Of a stretch of DNA of 64,000 bases, positions 41,712 through 60,731 are shown one piece after another. Location of the stretch: positions 124,001 through 188,000 of the forward strand of contig JAQGDQ010000404.1 in NCBI GenBank assembly GCA_030141605.1, written 5' to 3'. The notes beneath the pieces are model-generated. The model saw nothing but the letters and a program-made list of their open reading frames with translations. It made no database searches and was not told the DNA's origin. The position numbers and the translations under genes were made by a program. The number at the start of each line of letters is the position of its first letter. Positions within the stretch are counted from its first letter, which is position 1. Origin of the DNA: Tubiluchus corallicola. Taxonomy: Eukaryota > Animalia > Priapulida.

Positions 41712-44531
41712 ATTACTACGCCGAGCTTGAGACCGCCATCAAAAATATTCCCGCATCTGAGTACTTGTTCCTGCTTGGAGACTTCAACGCTCGGACCGGC
41801 TCCGACCAGTCCCACTGGCCCCGCTGTATTGGTCATTTTGGTGTTGGCAAACTGAACGAAAACGGGCAAAGATTACTGGAATTGTGCTCATATCATGATT
41901 TATGCATCACGAATACATTCTTCCCCACAAAGCCCATCCACAGAGTGTCCTGGCGTCACCCCAGATCTCGCCACTGGCACCAATTGGATCTCGTCATTAC
42001 TCGAAGATCCTCGCTAAACTGTGTCAACAACACACGCAGCTACCATAGCGCAGATTGCGACACGGACCACTCAATGGTCGCCAGCAAGGTACGTCTACAA
42101 CCAAAACGTATCCATCATTCAAAGCCAAAAGGACGACCTCGCATTAACACTGCCAAGTTCGCAGTTCCTGAGCTAGTAAAACGCTATACTGATACCATGA
42201 AAGAAGCCCTCAAGGACCACCCAACCGGTAACGCAGATGAAAGATGGAGTCACATACGCGATGTAACTTACAAGTCTGCTCTCAACACCTTCGGAAAAAG
42301 AGAGAGAGTGAACCCAGACTGGTTTGAAGCTGGAATCATGGACATTGAGCCAGCTATTTCCCACAAAAGGACTGCTCTCCTCAGTTACAAAGCAAATCCT
42401 AGTGAAAGCACACTCGCAGTTCTCAGGAAGGCCAGAAGCGACGTACAGCGGATTGCCCGGCAGTGCGCAAACAATTACTGGCAGTCTATATGCCTGAGTA
42501 TCCAAACGTCAGCTGACCGTGGTAATATTCGCGGCATGTATGAGGGAATGAAGAAGGCCTTTGGCCCCAGTATCACCAAGATTGCCCCTGTGAAGTCCAC
42601 CACTGGAGAAATCATCACTGACCGTGCCAAACAAATGGAGAGATGGGCAGAACACTACCAAAAGCTGTTCTCAAGACAAACCACTGTCACAGAAAGAGCT
42701 GTGGAATACACGACCCCCTTGCCAGTCATGGAGGAGCTCGACGATCCACCTACCAGTGAGGAGCTCATCAAAGCTATCGACTCTCTGGCGAGCGGCAAAG
42801 CTCCTGGAAGTGATGGTATACCCCCAGAGGCCATTAAAGCAGGTAAACAAACCTGTCTCCTCGAGCATTTGCACGACCTCCTTTTACAATGCTGGGATGA
42901 AGGTACTGTGCCTCAGGACATGCGTGATGCCAACATCATTACCCTTTACAAAAATAAAGGCGATCGGAGCGATTGCAACAACTATCGCGGAATATCCCTC
43001 CTCTCCACCGTGGGAAAGACCTTTGCCCGCGTGCTACTAAACAGACTCCACCGTCTCGCCGAACGGGTTTACCCAGAAGCACAATGCGGTTTCAGGGCAG
43101 AGAGATCCACCATCGACATGATATTCTCTCTAAGACAGCTCCAGGAAAAATGCCGCGAACAACGACGGCCCCTGTTTATAGCATTCATTGACTTGACCAA
43201 AGCATTTGATTTGGTTAGCAGATCGGGCCTGTTTACACTCCTGCAGAGAATTGGATGCCCCCCAAAGCTGCTGAGACTGATTACTTCCTTCCACGAGGAA
43301 ATGAAAGGTACTGTTCAGTCCGACGGCTCTTCCTCACACCCATTCCCAATCAAAAGCGGAGTTAAACAAGGATGTGTCCTCGCCCCAACCCTCTTTGGTA
43401 TCCTGTTCTCTCTGCTGCTGCGCTATGCATTTAAAGAAACTGAAGAGGGAGTCTATTTACACACACGAAGCGACGGCAGCCTGTTCAACCTCTCTCGTCT
43501 CCGAGCAAAGTCACGGGTTCGCAAAGTTCTCATTCGTGAAATGCTGTTTGCAGATGATGCCGCACTGACAGCTCACACTGAAGCCGGCCTCCAAGGCCTC
43601 ATTGACAACTTTGCCCATACCTGCAGTGAGTTTGGCCTCACAATCAGCATCCAAAAGACCAAGGTTTTAGGCCATCTCCATCGATGACTGCTGCCTTGAC
43701 GTGGTGGAAGATTTCACCTATCTTGGTTCTGTTATTTCCAGCAATCTTAGCTTGGCCACAGAACTGAACTCCAGAATCGGCAAGGCCTCATCAACGATGG
43801 CTCGCTTAACAAAGAGGGTGTGGGAAAACAACATGCTGACTATCAGGACAAAGTCCCAGGTGTACCAAGCCTGTGTACTGAGCACACTGTTGTACGGGAG
43901 CGAGAGTTGGACTCTGTATAGCCATCAAGAACGCAGGCTCAATGCTTTCCACCAACGCTGCCTCAGAAGAATCCTGGGCATCTCATGGCAGGAGCACATA
44001 ACCAACAAGGATGTGCTAGCAAAAGCTGGAATCCCTAGCATGTATGCCATACTCACCAACAGACGTCTGCGCTGGCTAGGCCATGTTTCCCGCATGCAGG
44101 ACGGCAGATTGCCCAAGGACATTCTGTACGGTGAGCTTGCTACTGGCTCCCGACCCACCGGGAGGCCACTGCTCCGCTACAAAGATGTATGTAAACGGGA
44201 CCTCAAGGCAGGCGGCATGACACCAGCAAATTACGAGGCGCTTGCGGCAGATCGAAGCAACTGGAAATCTGCTGTTAGGACAGCCATTAACAGAGCGGAG
44301 AAAACGAGGGAGGAAAAACAAGAGGATAAAAGGACTCGCAGGCACCAGAATGATGCCCTACCTCATCCGGATGAAACAGCCTTCCAATGTGTAACCTGCA
44401 GCCGGAACTGCCGCTCAAGGATCGGACTGCTCAGTCACAGTCGACGCTGCAGCTCCATCAATTTTATTAATAACTGACTCTCTTGGCGCACAATCCATTG
44501 TCTTTCGAGACACAAGGATGCCAACAACAAC
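41712..44531 (+). mobile_element. 5'-truncated young RTE-clade LINE (APE + RT + C-terminal zinc finger)
   Basis: ORFs 41705-43687 and 43701-44477: LLGDFNAR, DTDH, APGSDG, NYRGISLL, QCGFR, FIDLTKAFD, GVKQGCVLAP, LFADD, FTYLGS, RLRWLGHV, CVTC..SRIGLLSHSRRC. (CAA)n tail; perfect TSD AAAGCTTGACGC at 41700-41711 and 44532-44543; one frameshift near 43672. Confidence 0.97.
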
Positions 44532-45041
44532 AAAGCTTGACGCGATTCTTGACGCTAATTTCAGTTAGCGTTCTTTCAGCCATTGACGCTCTTTCCTTGC
44601 CATTAGTAGGGCGCTTAAGAATTCGTGGACTTTCCAAGAGATAACTTAATTGACAATTAGGTCTCTATAATTATAACGCTAGATATTGGTTCTTGTGACT
44701 TCAAAGCTGGCAGTCATCCTTGGCCAAGTTAAATTGAAAAGAATACGCAATATACATGTTCAAAGATTTTCGAATTCAATGCATTTTTAGTTATATGATC
44801 TATACAAGTAATTGTGATAACAGGATTATTTAAATCTCGCGAGATGGATTAAACTGGCTACGCTTTTTAAGTGATAACTGTTTATATATCATTATGAAAT
44901 ACTGCGTCATAATTATTTTATTTTTAAAGATTATATAAAACTGCATAAATAAGTTTTAAAAACTGCAAGTAAGTCTTTAGTGCCAATTTTCCAACAATGC
45001 TTTCTGGTAACGCTTGAATACGTACGTGCAGCCACCTTTCT

Positions 45042-46285
45042 CTAGACCAGAAAAGCTGTAACTACTGCAATAAAAGTAAACGTTGTAACCCAGTAAGTTA
45101 CCATCGAGTCAGTGGAATTAGAACTTTCTTTCTTAGTTGGTTTACTTGGTGTACATTTGGCAAAGTCGGAACGCTTGATGGGGTTGCGGTCATGCAAATA
45201 ACGAGCAGGTAGTTCACAGTCAATGTCGGAAACTTGCCAAGATTTAAGTTTAGTCCACGCCAGCTTGCAGTCACAGATTAGTGGTCCACCTGAATAATAA
45301 ACGCTAATTAGCATATGAAATATTGAAATCGCCTGGTTTACAGTCAAGTGCTGACATTTATATCTTTTCCTAAAACAAAATCTTTTCTTAAATTGGTTAT
45401 CATGATTTTTACTGCACCTTGCAGTCACAGAATAGTGGCCCGTCTGAGTAAAAGCTACTGAATGGCTTCAAGTATCAACATGTAGGAAAAATACGCGTTG
45501 AAATCCGAAACGTTTCAGAAGCTCTTGGAATTACTGGAATGAAAGTGATTTTAGTTTTATCGCTGGCGGTGACCATTTTTATTTGGATCTCATTCCACCA
45601 GAACCAAACGACATCTTAACTTACCTATAATGGTAAGGCTTATCTTTGAAGTCTTTGTGTTGGGATGAAGCTTTGGCATGCTCATCCGTTTCAATGTAGT
45701 CCACTCGATATGAATTTTCTTGATTTTCGGGTTATGCGATAAATCTAAATCAAGTTTTTGAAAACTACCATGGTAAATAAACATTGCGGCCAAATCCTTC
45801 ATTCTGAAGAAAGCCTTTGGATGAATATAAGTAAGATTAAACATGTCGACGAGTAGCAAATTTTTAGCATTGCCATAGATGGCACCACTATCCAAGCGTG
45901 ATAAAGTAGTAGCACTGTTTGCCCGAACAAGTTGTATCTTGGATGCGACTATTCCTTTTAAAAATTGCGGTGGCAGTTTTTCATCTGTATACTGATGAAT
46001 GGATAAGGTGTTCATGTGACGAGGAAGTTTCCTTTCAATCGCTTGCCATGTTTTTTGGTCAATGGGGGCCAATTTGTCACTGGTGCCCCCACACCTAATA
46101 TTGCAGGGTCTAGCGGTGATAACTTCACAAAGGCGGTGAAAATATCTTTGCATATAGTTGCATGATAATCTAGCAGCTACGTCCACGGCGGAACGTTCTT
46201 CACGAGCAAGCGCTTGGGGGTGCCGTCTTGTTACTCCTAACAAAATTACTAGATGTAAAAAACTTTGATACAACAACGTCATCAT
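45042..46285 (-). CDS. Cell-surface leucine-rich-repeat protein (signal peptide, divergent LRRs, LRRCT, S/T stalk, GPI-like tail), ~302 aa
   Basis: Exon 46285-45625 (ATAG|GTAAG, phase 1) joins 45289-45042 (TTCAG|GT) in frame. LRR-like LSRLDSGAIYG, NLTYIHPKAFFRMKDL, LDLDLSHNPKIKKI; LRRCT GPLICDCKLAW...DCELP...C; hydrophobic end WVTTFTFIAVVTAFLV. Confidence 0.8.
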
Positions 46286-47015
46286 AGAGCCTTACGTTGT
46301 AAGTAATGAGCGCTTACGCTGAAACTAGTTCAAAAAGTTACACCAGTGTAACAATATGAACCTCTATAACAATGATTGGAGCCTATTGTGACGTCAGTGG
46401 CACTTTGACTAAAAGAAGTAGGCCTAAAGGTTTTTCATCTGGCCTATATTGTATGCTATAGAACTAGTCAAGTAGCTTTGGTGAGCATTAACCATAGACT
46501 TGTGACACTAATTTATTTGCAGTTCCTATATTTCATTAGAAATCCATCCGTCAGGTCTTGACCATTTACACCTGAAGCTCACGAAATTCCTTCAGCCCCA
46601 TAAATTAATGAGTTAAAAACTCCCACCAAAAAAACTTTGCTCATTTTATTGATAATACCAATGCATTTCACGTTTGCGGCCTACAATATCTTACAAAAGC
46701 AATCGAAAGTGGCTGGTCTGGTGTCAGCTCTTAACAGCAGCGGCAGGGCGTTTGAATGTTGTTCACAGAACACCGATGTTGGTCCTCACCTTGGTTTTTA
46801 AAATAATAAAAATATTCAGCCTGCATTTCTGGGCTGGGGTTCATATGACACCATTCATATGACGACAAATCTGAGGTAAAAATGCACTTTATTACTTAAA
46901 AACAACAAAACATCAAATCCAAATATCAACACAAATCGAAAAGGAAAGCATCACTAACCACGATAATTTGAGATATCTCACCATTGAAGAAGCAATATAT
47001 TGTAATATTATACCT

Positions 47016-47075
47016 ACAGTTGTTGCAAGTGAAGTCATATCCCAACAGTTGTTTGCAAGTGAAGTCATATCCCAA
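47016..47075. repeat. Tandem duplication, ~30 bp x2
   Basis: ACAGTTGTT(T)GCAAGTGAAGTCATATCCCA twice. Confidence 0.85.
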
Positions 47076-49269
47076 GTTAAAGTCTTATTCCAAACAGTTA
47101 TAAAAGCTTTATTTTGAATTTCCATTTAACTAGCTTTCACTACTAATACACGTAACATGTAATTTAAGGACTTTAGTAAAAAAGGAGTTTTCACGAGCAC
47201 AAAAGAGAACTATTCATTTCTTTAAATGTTGCAAAGTTCAGCAATTAGAAAGAGCAATTAAAATTAATTGCTTCTCATAAAAAGATTTCATTTGTTTACA
47301 CAGTGAGCACAACACCTGTTTACAAATGATTGCTGACCATTGATAAGATATACCGCTTCATAACTTTATATATAAATAAATAAAATAAATACCCCAAATC
47401 GATAAATAAAATGTTTTTGTCATATTAGTCATTACGTTTCTCATTACGTTAGTCAAATGTAAGGCGACATTAATAAATAAAAGCATGTGTAAGGTTTCTA
47501 AAATATTTACAGCGAACACGCTCAAAATGTTTTTAGTCAAATCAGTTAAATTTATCCGCATATACGCCCTGAGTTACGAAAAAACGTTTTTCAACAAAAA
47601 ACTGAGAAAACTTCCCAAATCATAATTTAATATGATTATTATAATAATGAACATTATGAATAATATGAACATTATAATATGAAATTACTTAAAGCACAAG
47701 AAAACCCTCCACTTACATAAAGCTTAAAAAATTGTCTTGAAATTTTATATCAGTTGCTGTCTTTTTGCATATTAGATTTGCGTCAGCAATATCGCTGTAT
47801 AAAACATGTACATTTAGATTCCCGCAATGACCGTTAAACGCAGCCATTTTGATGATATGTCATTTTAAACAAGTTTAGATAACATGGTGTAAAGTTTGAA
47901 AAAATAATCAGAACATTCGTGGTGGACACGCTACTAAGTAAAATTTAAAACTACTGTATCTTGTAAATAAGATTAAATATACGTTTTTGGTAAGTGAGTG
48001 GTGCACCCTTGGTGAAGGCATTTTAAATAATTAATAATTTTTTTCTAGTTACACAAGTCCTTCAAGCAGGTTAGCAAAATGCTAAGTAATATAATTTACA
48101 TGCAATGTTTTTTAGGACATAGTTTAACATTTACCTTTCTTCCCCTGGTTTACGTTGTGCACACATGATGCAATGTAGTGGCACAGTCGGAAGTTTAAAA
48201 TGAAAATAAACAAAAAATCCCTTTAACACGAGTATGATATACGCATAAAATTGCTATAAAGTAATATAATTTTTTAAGGCAATTTTTTTTAAACTTACTT
48301 CATATATCCATTTTCTTGTCCTTCAAACCAGTTTTACGAATTTAACAACAGCAAGATGAGAGATGAAGTAAAATGAGAAATAATTTGGCCTAATTTCAAT
48401 ATTTACGAGCACAAATTTGTTTTCTTGAGCTTTATGAACAGCGCAAAAAAATTCAGTAAAAATAAAAAATACATAATGACAAAGGAATAAAAGAAAATTT
48501 TAAATATATATATAAAACTAATTTCAAGTTATCAACATCACAAAACAACCTGTGGTGACTTGTTTACGATGAGCTTTATCAATCAAATATGAATACTAAC
48601 TCCAGTAGTATTGCCACAACAACCAGCATAAATTAACAACAATAACAGGTCATATGGAAAAACACTTTTGCTTAACATAACTGCTGTACTTTTGAGGTTA
48701 TGCAATTGGCGAGCACAAAGTCTTAAGATGTGTATTTAGAATACCTTCAACTTGTAATTTAAAAGCTTAATGCATAATTCGTTATTTTATCCAAGTAAGT
48801 ACAGGTAGTCGTCGAAATATGATCACAATCGAGTCCGGCTGATTGGTTGTAAGAGGAATTAGATGCAAGTCGGACACGTATATTCAAGTGGTGTGCCCCT
48901 ACATCCAACACATCGCGTTTGCGCAGTATGGCAGCATCTTGATGAATTTATCGAAACAGACAGCGACTTAAAGTTTACTTGTTTAAAAATACATGGAAAT
49001 ATGAGTTATAGTTAGTTTTGTATAATTAATTAATTAAGTTATTTGAGGTCGGGTTTTGAAGTCGAATACTGCTAAGTCACATAGCTTGCAAGTTGACGGC
49101 TACCTGTACACGCATTTTGCATAAATATGGCACATTAAATGCACAGCAGATAAACTCAAATGTCTAGGTTAACTATGTTCGTGCATACACCAGAAGGCTC
49201 ACATCAATGATAAGTTCTCTGTGCATCAGTGCCAACAAAAGTTCTTAAGGCACTGATTTAACTCTTGTG

Positions 49270-50311
<1,042 letters not shown>

Positions 50312-52318
50312 CCTTAAAATAATAGTACAAATTTAAATACAAAAAAGTCCATACATATTAAATTGTATTATGATGAAAGGGTATTAATGCTTCCTCAATA
50401 CTTTTTTAATTGTGTTAAAAAGTCAAAAAACTATAGATAATCATGCTAACCAGTAACAACTTTTGCATTCCAAACAGCCATACAAACAAAAATATTTTTT
50501 AGGAAAAAAATGGAAGCCTAATTAACCTTAATGGGATCTATGTGCACAATTCCAAACAGATGAAAGTTTCAATCATATCAAAAATGTATTTTTTTAATTT
50601 AATAAAAGGGAATTATATAATTGTTATTTTCCTGAGGGAGCAGCCATTTTTGTTTGCAGCATTCACACACGTTTTCAGCCTTTCATTATTCAACTGCTGC
50701 TGCCTAGCTGTGACATGTGTCAGGTTAGCAGTTGACGGGACCTGCTTTTTTAGCAAAAAGAATGGGCAGAGCATGCGCCTAAGTATCAAATATTTCGATT
50801 GAGAAAACTGGTACAATGAAAACGTCTGTAGAATTTAAAAATTGCGTTTATTAGGTTGGATTCAATAACCATAGTGGGCTTATTTCTAAAAAAAACTATA
50901 GTAATGCATATTATTCTATTTAAAAAATTTACTTTTTTACTGAATATCTGATCACTAACAGGATGTATAATGTATAGATTCAATTTGATATGTGTAGTAT
51001 TTAATGCTAACTGCAACTCTATAATATATTATTCCACCCTAACTTATATAACTATTTTGTTCAATTGGTTTTTTTATTCTGTCCTGTACTGCTATTTTTT
51101 TGATGTCCACTAGTCTATATACTATTATTCCGCCTAACCAGTTACTTGGAATGCAACAGTAGTAACACTCATTGTACAAGGTAACTCACACATGTTGCGC
51201 GAATTAAAATATATTCAGTGAATAAATTCTTGATGGACAGGGATGCACCTTATGTGTGACAGAAACCAGTCCACTGTGCAGTGCCAGCTGTTCTAATGTA
51301 AAGTACTTCTGTTTGAATAGAATGTTGTTTATATACTTAAAAGTAAATCTTAGAACATTCTTCAGTTACTGTCATACATCTCTAATTGTACTTAAGAAGT
51401 ATTAGCCTTACAGCCAGCAGAACTAGACCTAATATGAGAAATGAACTAGTAAACAAGTACAAAATGTATTTGTATATAAGTATATAACAAATTTGTGGAA
51501 CAAAAAACTTTTCAATTTAACTCCCATGCAGATTTTTACAAATAGTCCACACTTGGGTTTAAAGTGTTAATTTATTGAAGTTGTTCACTTTAGCTATAGT
51601 TCTAGGTGTACTGTCTTGTTTTGCATGAACACTGGATTCTGCCATTAACCTATTTTTACATTATGCAAAACCATTCTAAGTTTTTCAAGACTACTTGGGA
51701 GAGATGATCCATATCTAGGAGACGTTTTTTTACTTATGGTGCAAATATATTAGCAGAGGAATCAGATCAAGGCACAGCAGCAAAACACTCAGGTGGGATA
51801 GATAGAAGCAGCATCTGATAAATTTATACAAATAAAGCACTATTTTAACTTTGGGTACTACAAGTGACCAGGCATGATGGAAAACGATTCTACACACATG
51901 CGGAATACAGTGAGTACAAAAGTGGTCTAAGGTGCGCTATAGATACAAAAATCAAAACTAATACTACTGTGTCAACGCAGAGAGTAAATAAAGAGGACAA
52001 GTTAATGTTATAGAACTTAGGTTATTCATCTCAGAGTATAATTTAGTGCTATTGGCCACTTCACTCACTGCACTAACTGTTAAGTGCATTATATTTGGAT
52101 TATGCAAATATAGTCCACGACGAGTAAGTGCACTACCTCCGATCTCTGATTGCTAGCGGACGATTCTAATCCTTTCTACGCTAAATACAATCATACCAAC
52201 CCCACCTGCAGCGGACTGATAAAACCCATTCGCTGCTTTAGAAAAACTATGTTGCTGGTGTGTAACTGCACACACAGCTTTGTATTTCAACGCTTTAATA
52301 ATTGATACACGATTTTAC

Positions 52319-52400
52319 CTTCATTGATTACAATAAAACACAGAAGCACTGAAATATCTGTTCAATCATTGCAGTCACAACGATTTTGTCGCCATGCTGG
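52319..52400 (-). promoter_or_regulatory. Candidate non-coding first exon of MORN4
   Basis: Donor GAAG|GTAAAA at 52319 with a YY1-like ATGGCG upstream; the coding exon starts with an acceptor 1 nt before the ATG, so a UTR exon is expected. Confidence 0.4.
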
Positions 52401-52416
52401 CACAACCACTATGGTG

Positions 52417-52430
52417 CTGCCACCTAGTAG
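52417..52430 (-). promoter_or_regulatory. CTCF-like motif
   Basis: CTACTAGGTGGCAG matches CCASYAGRKGGCRS at 13/14 positions. Confidence 0.4.
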
Positions 52431-53116
52431 TAGTAGTAGTACTGGTAAAAATTCTTTATTTTCCTTTGAGCCTGCCCTTTGTAAATAAATAGTAAATATG
52501 AGGAAACAGTATTAGTTTATAGTAAAAAGCTAATATCGACGTCTTTATTAAACAAAATTGTTTATTGTAACCTTATGATCTTAGATTAACAACTTTATTA
52601 GCAAGATTTAATTTAAAATTTTAATAAAGGCATGTAGGCATAGATAACTCACAATAATTATTATAAAAAATAATAACAGTGATGCAAAAATATGGGTCTA
52701 TAGATAAAATTTAATTATTAAGTAATACAGAATTTGTATTCCAACCTTGTTTGAAATGTGAGGTTCATCTGCAACAGTCAAACTAGTGCGTTATTCAGTT
52801 ATTTTATGGGAAATGCATTATTACTGAGCCCGGTACAACGATAAAATTTCTCGTAACTGCATAATTAAAATTCTCTTAATAATAAATTCTCCATTTTCTA
52901 TTCTGTATAGGAAGACAGGAAATGTGAAAAAGTTTCAATTCTTAACCTTTGTACTATAGATACAATACAAAAAGATACGGCTACATGTGCAGCTACAGAT
53001 ACAGATACAGAATTTTGAAAAGAATCACTCTAGCGATGTGAGCGATCTAACATTGGAAAAGCTAAATTTGGTTAGTCAGCTACATATGGGGTGAACTTTG
53101 AAGTTTGGACTGAATA

Positions 53117-53280
53117 TGGTGGCCTAGTAGTCTGGCTTGTACGGAGAAGGTTCCAAGTTCTGATCCAGACTGTATTCCATTTTTTTCACAGTTCTTATCA
53201 TCAAAGTTTGCTATCAAAATTTAATTATTTTTGGGCTTGTAGGCCTATTATATGGAATTTAATTGACTCTGAGGTCACTT
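53117..53280 (+). mobile_element. tRNA-derived SINE-like copy (decayed)
   Basis: A-box-like TGGCCTAGTAG, B-box-like AGTTCTGATCC, and body AAGTTTGCTATCAAAATTTAATTATTTTTGGGCTTGTA shared with 61981-62135. Confidence 0.5.
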
Positions 53281-53918
53281 AATTCTGTTTTGTTAATACA
53301 GGAATTGTTGCCATGGTGCATGTATTTTCAGATGCGCAAAATATTTTTAATTCGATAATTAACAACTTAATCTGGTTGAAAGGCAACAACTAAAACGTTC
53401 TAGATTTTCTTTACTCTGATGCTTACATTTAATAAAGGCATGGGCTTGGTCTGTTTCAGTTTTCCGGACTGCGCAGTCCTAATGTAAGGCGAATTTATTA
53501 CACTCCTATATAAAGCTCGTAAAGAACTCAGGAACTTTCGGGCCAGGGAAAATGATTAAATGTCCACCTAGGTTCTCAAAAATAGGCATAACTTTGAGAC
53601 ATACTTATTGTCTAGGCATAGCAAACATAAGAGTGAGAAAAGGAATGAGAAACGCTTTAAGGAGCGTCCATTATCTTACCTTCCTGGAAGTTTTATATCT
53701 AGACCGCCACATAGATTTGGGAAAAATCCAGTAGTCACGTGGCAGGCTACGTCTCATCCCGAAATAAACCGTTTGAGAAATGTGATATGGGAGTAGAAGA
53801 ATTTGAGTTCAACATCCGCCTTTCCCTGACTTGTACAGAACCGTTACGCTGTCTCTCTTCAGCATAGCTTTTTTATTTTTGTGCTTATTTTACAGTTTCT
53901 GAACGATTTTTTTCCAAA

Positions 53919-58718
<4,800 letters not shown>

Positions 58719-60731
58719 AAAGTTTATCAATGAAAACTCTTTTGTTGTGAAATAGTTTAACCTATCCTTTAAGTCTGATGCATACCAATGGGATCTTAAC
58801 TACTACAGATATTTTCGGAATCAGCTTTTTTGATAATTCAGTTGACGCTGTCAGTAGTATTTTTCTTGAACACTTTCGATTGTCTTGCTACCTTCAGTGT
58901 CTAATTCTCAAACCCATAACATATAAAAAAGTACAAGCAAACAGAAGCTACTCAAAGAACCGGAAGCAGGAAATTTTAGTGGGAAATTGCACTTGACTAG
59001 CTCTGCATTTTTGACACCAATAAACGGGCTGGAAATTACTGGGCTGATAACTATAACGAAAACAGAAAATATGTGATGTGAAATGAACAAATTTGTATCA
59101 GTCATTCCTGACGAATATTTCTGATCACGTGATGATGAGGTGTCGAAAATATTAAGACGAAAAATGCAAATTGGCTATTAAGTTTTCCAAATTAATATCA
59201 GTACTACGACGATTTAATCAGCTACTGTGCAAAATCAAAATTCTACTACACTTGCACACTAGAATTTATTAAAGCATATTAACATGTATGTAAAGTGATT
59301 TTGATGGTGTATATTTCAAAATTTATGAGACATACCCAACATTTTCATATACATTATACATAATTTGATACATCTAGATACAGAGTCATCGTAACTTTGT
59401 CTCCGTGTCAACAACAATTGCATTGTGATTAAATTTTAATAAACACGTCATAAAATTACCTATATGGCTTATTGACTGCTCTGCATTCTGTTTGTGTTTA
59501 ATTCGCAACGGCGGATGCCCTTTTTATAGAAAAGTGCAAGGCATGAATGTTCCCGCTCAACACGCTTTCAACCCGAATAATCTAAAATGTTTTCAGACTT
59601 CCATGTGAAGTAATTTGAAACCATTTTCAACACCTTTTGCACCAAAATCTTCTGAGTGGCGTTACGCCATTGCAACGGTCAATAATCTACATGCATACTG
59701 CATAACGCACCTTCTGTTTGTTTTAAAACGCGGTTTGGCCTGTCACCGTTTGAAAAAACGTTTTGCTCACAACGTTTGAAACCATTTTGCCACGTGAAAA
59801 GGAATATGAATTTTTTGTAATTATACCAAAGTTAGTTCTTAGAATGGCAAAAGGAAAGAATAAACACGCATGAAATGGCAATGAACAATAAATAATAAAC
59901 AAAGATGTAACGAACAAAAGTTACCTTGATTAACTTGTTTATACCTGTTACAAATCGTCCTACAATGAAAAAAGACGTTCTAATTATTTTTGTCACAAAT
60001 TTATTCGAAGTTTACAACAATGTTCAATTATAGGCCAGCTTACTGAAAAGACAAAAAAAAAATAAAAACTAACAAAATAACTAGTGCGAAATGGGTAATA
60101 AAAAAATCGTTAAACGTCCCTTGAAAAAAGAAACATGTTAACAGAAACTACCAAAAACGTTTCAACGTCTGTGATTTTAATTCTTTTTTGTACGAATAAA
60201 TAATAAATTATGGCCGAATGACTAACCATTCTAGACGTTATGTTGCGTCATCTTGTTTTCACGTAGATAAAACCGGCTCTCATTATATTTTACATAATTT
60301 TTTTATCAACGTGTAAATTTTATAATTATTACATGACCACTAACAAAAATGCACGTTTTGAAAAATTTTGATAATCGTCAAACTTATATAGCAAAATAGT
60401 TCTTAACTAGTTAATATGCTGATAACGTTTTCGTAACATGCAAAATATTCCAAAACTTAAGTTATGAGATTACTGATAAAAAGTAAGGCACAAAATAAAA
60501 GTCGCTTTTAACACGCACATCTATATTTGTTACAATTCTGCTTTCTTTGTAAGTATTTTACGACGATTTTCAAAACCATAATAACGTTTTAATCCATCGC
60601 AAGAAGACCTTTTCCAGCGCTTCACAGCAAAATGTCACATTTTGTATCTCAAAAGGGCTAAGATAAAACATAGTGTGCGTCGCCATTGGCGAAATAGATG
60701 GTTAAACGTTTTTCTTCGCCATTTTATGAAG

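Noticed and set aside
42173-44345. Antisense and alternative-frame ORFs within the RTE element
   Set aside because: Expected by-products of GC-rich coding sequence.
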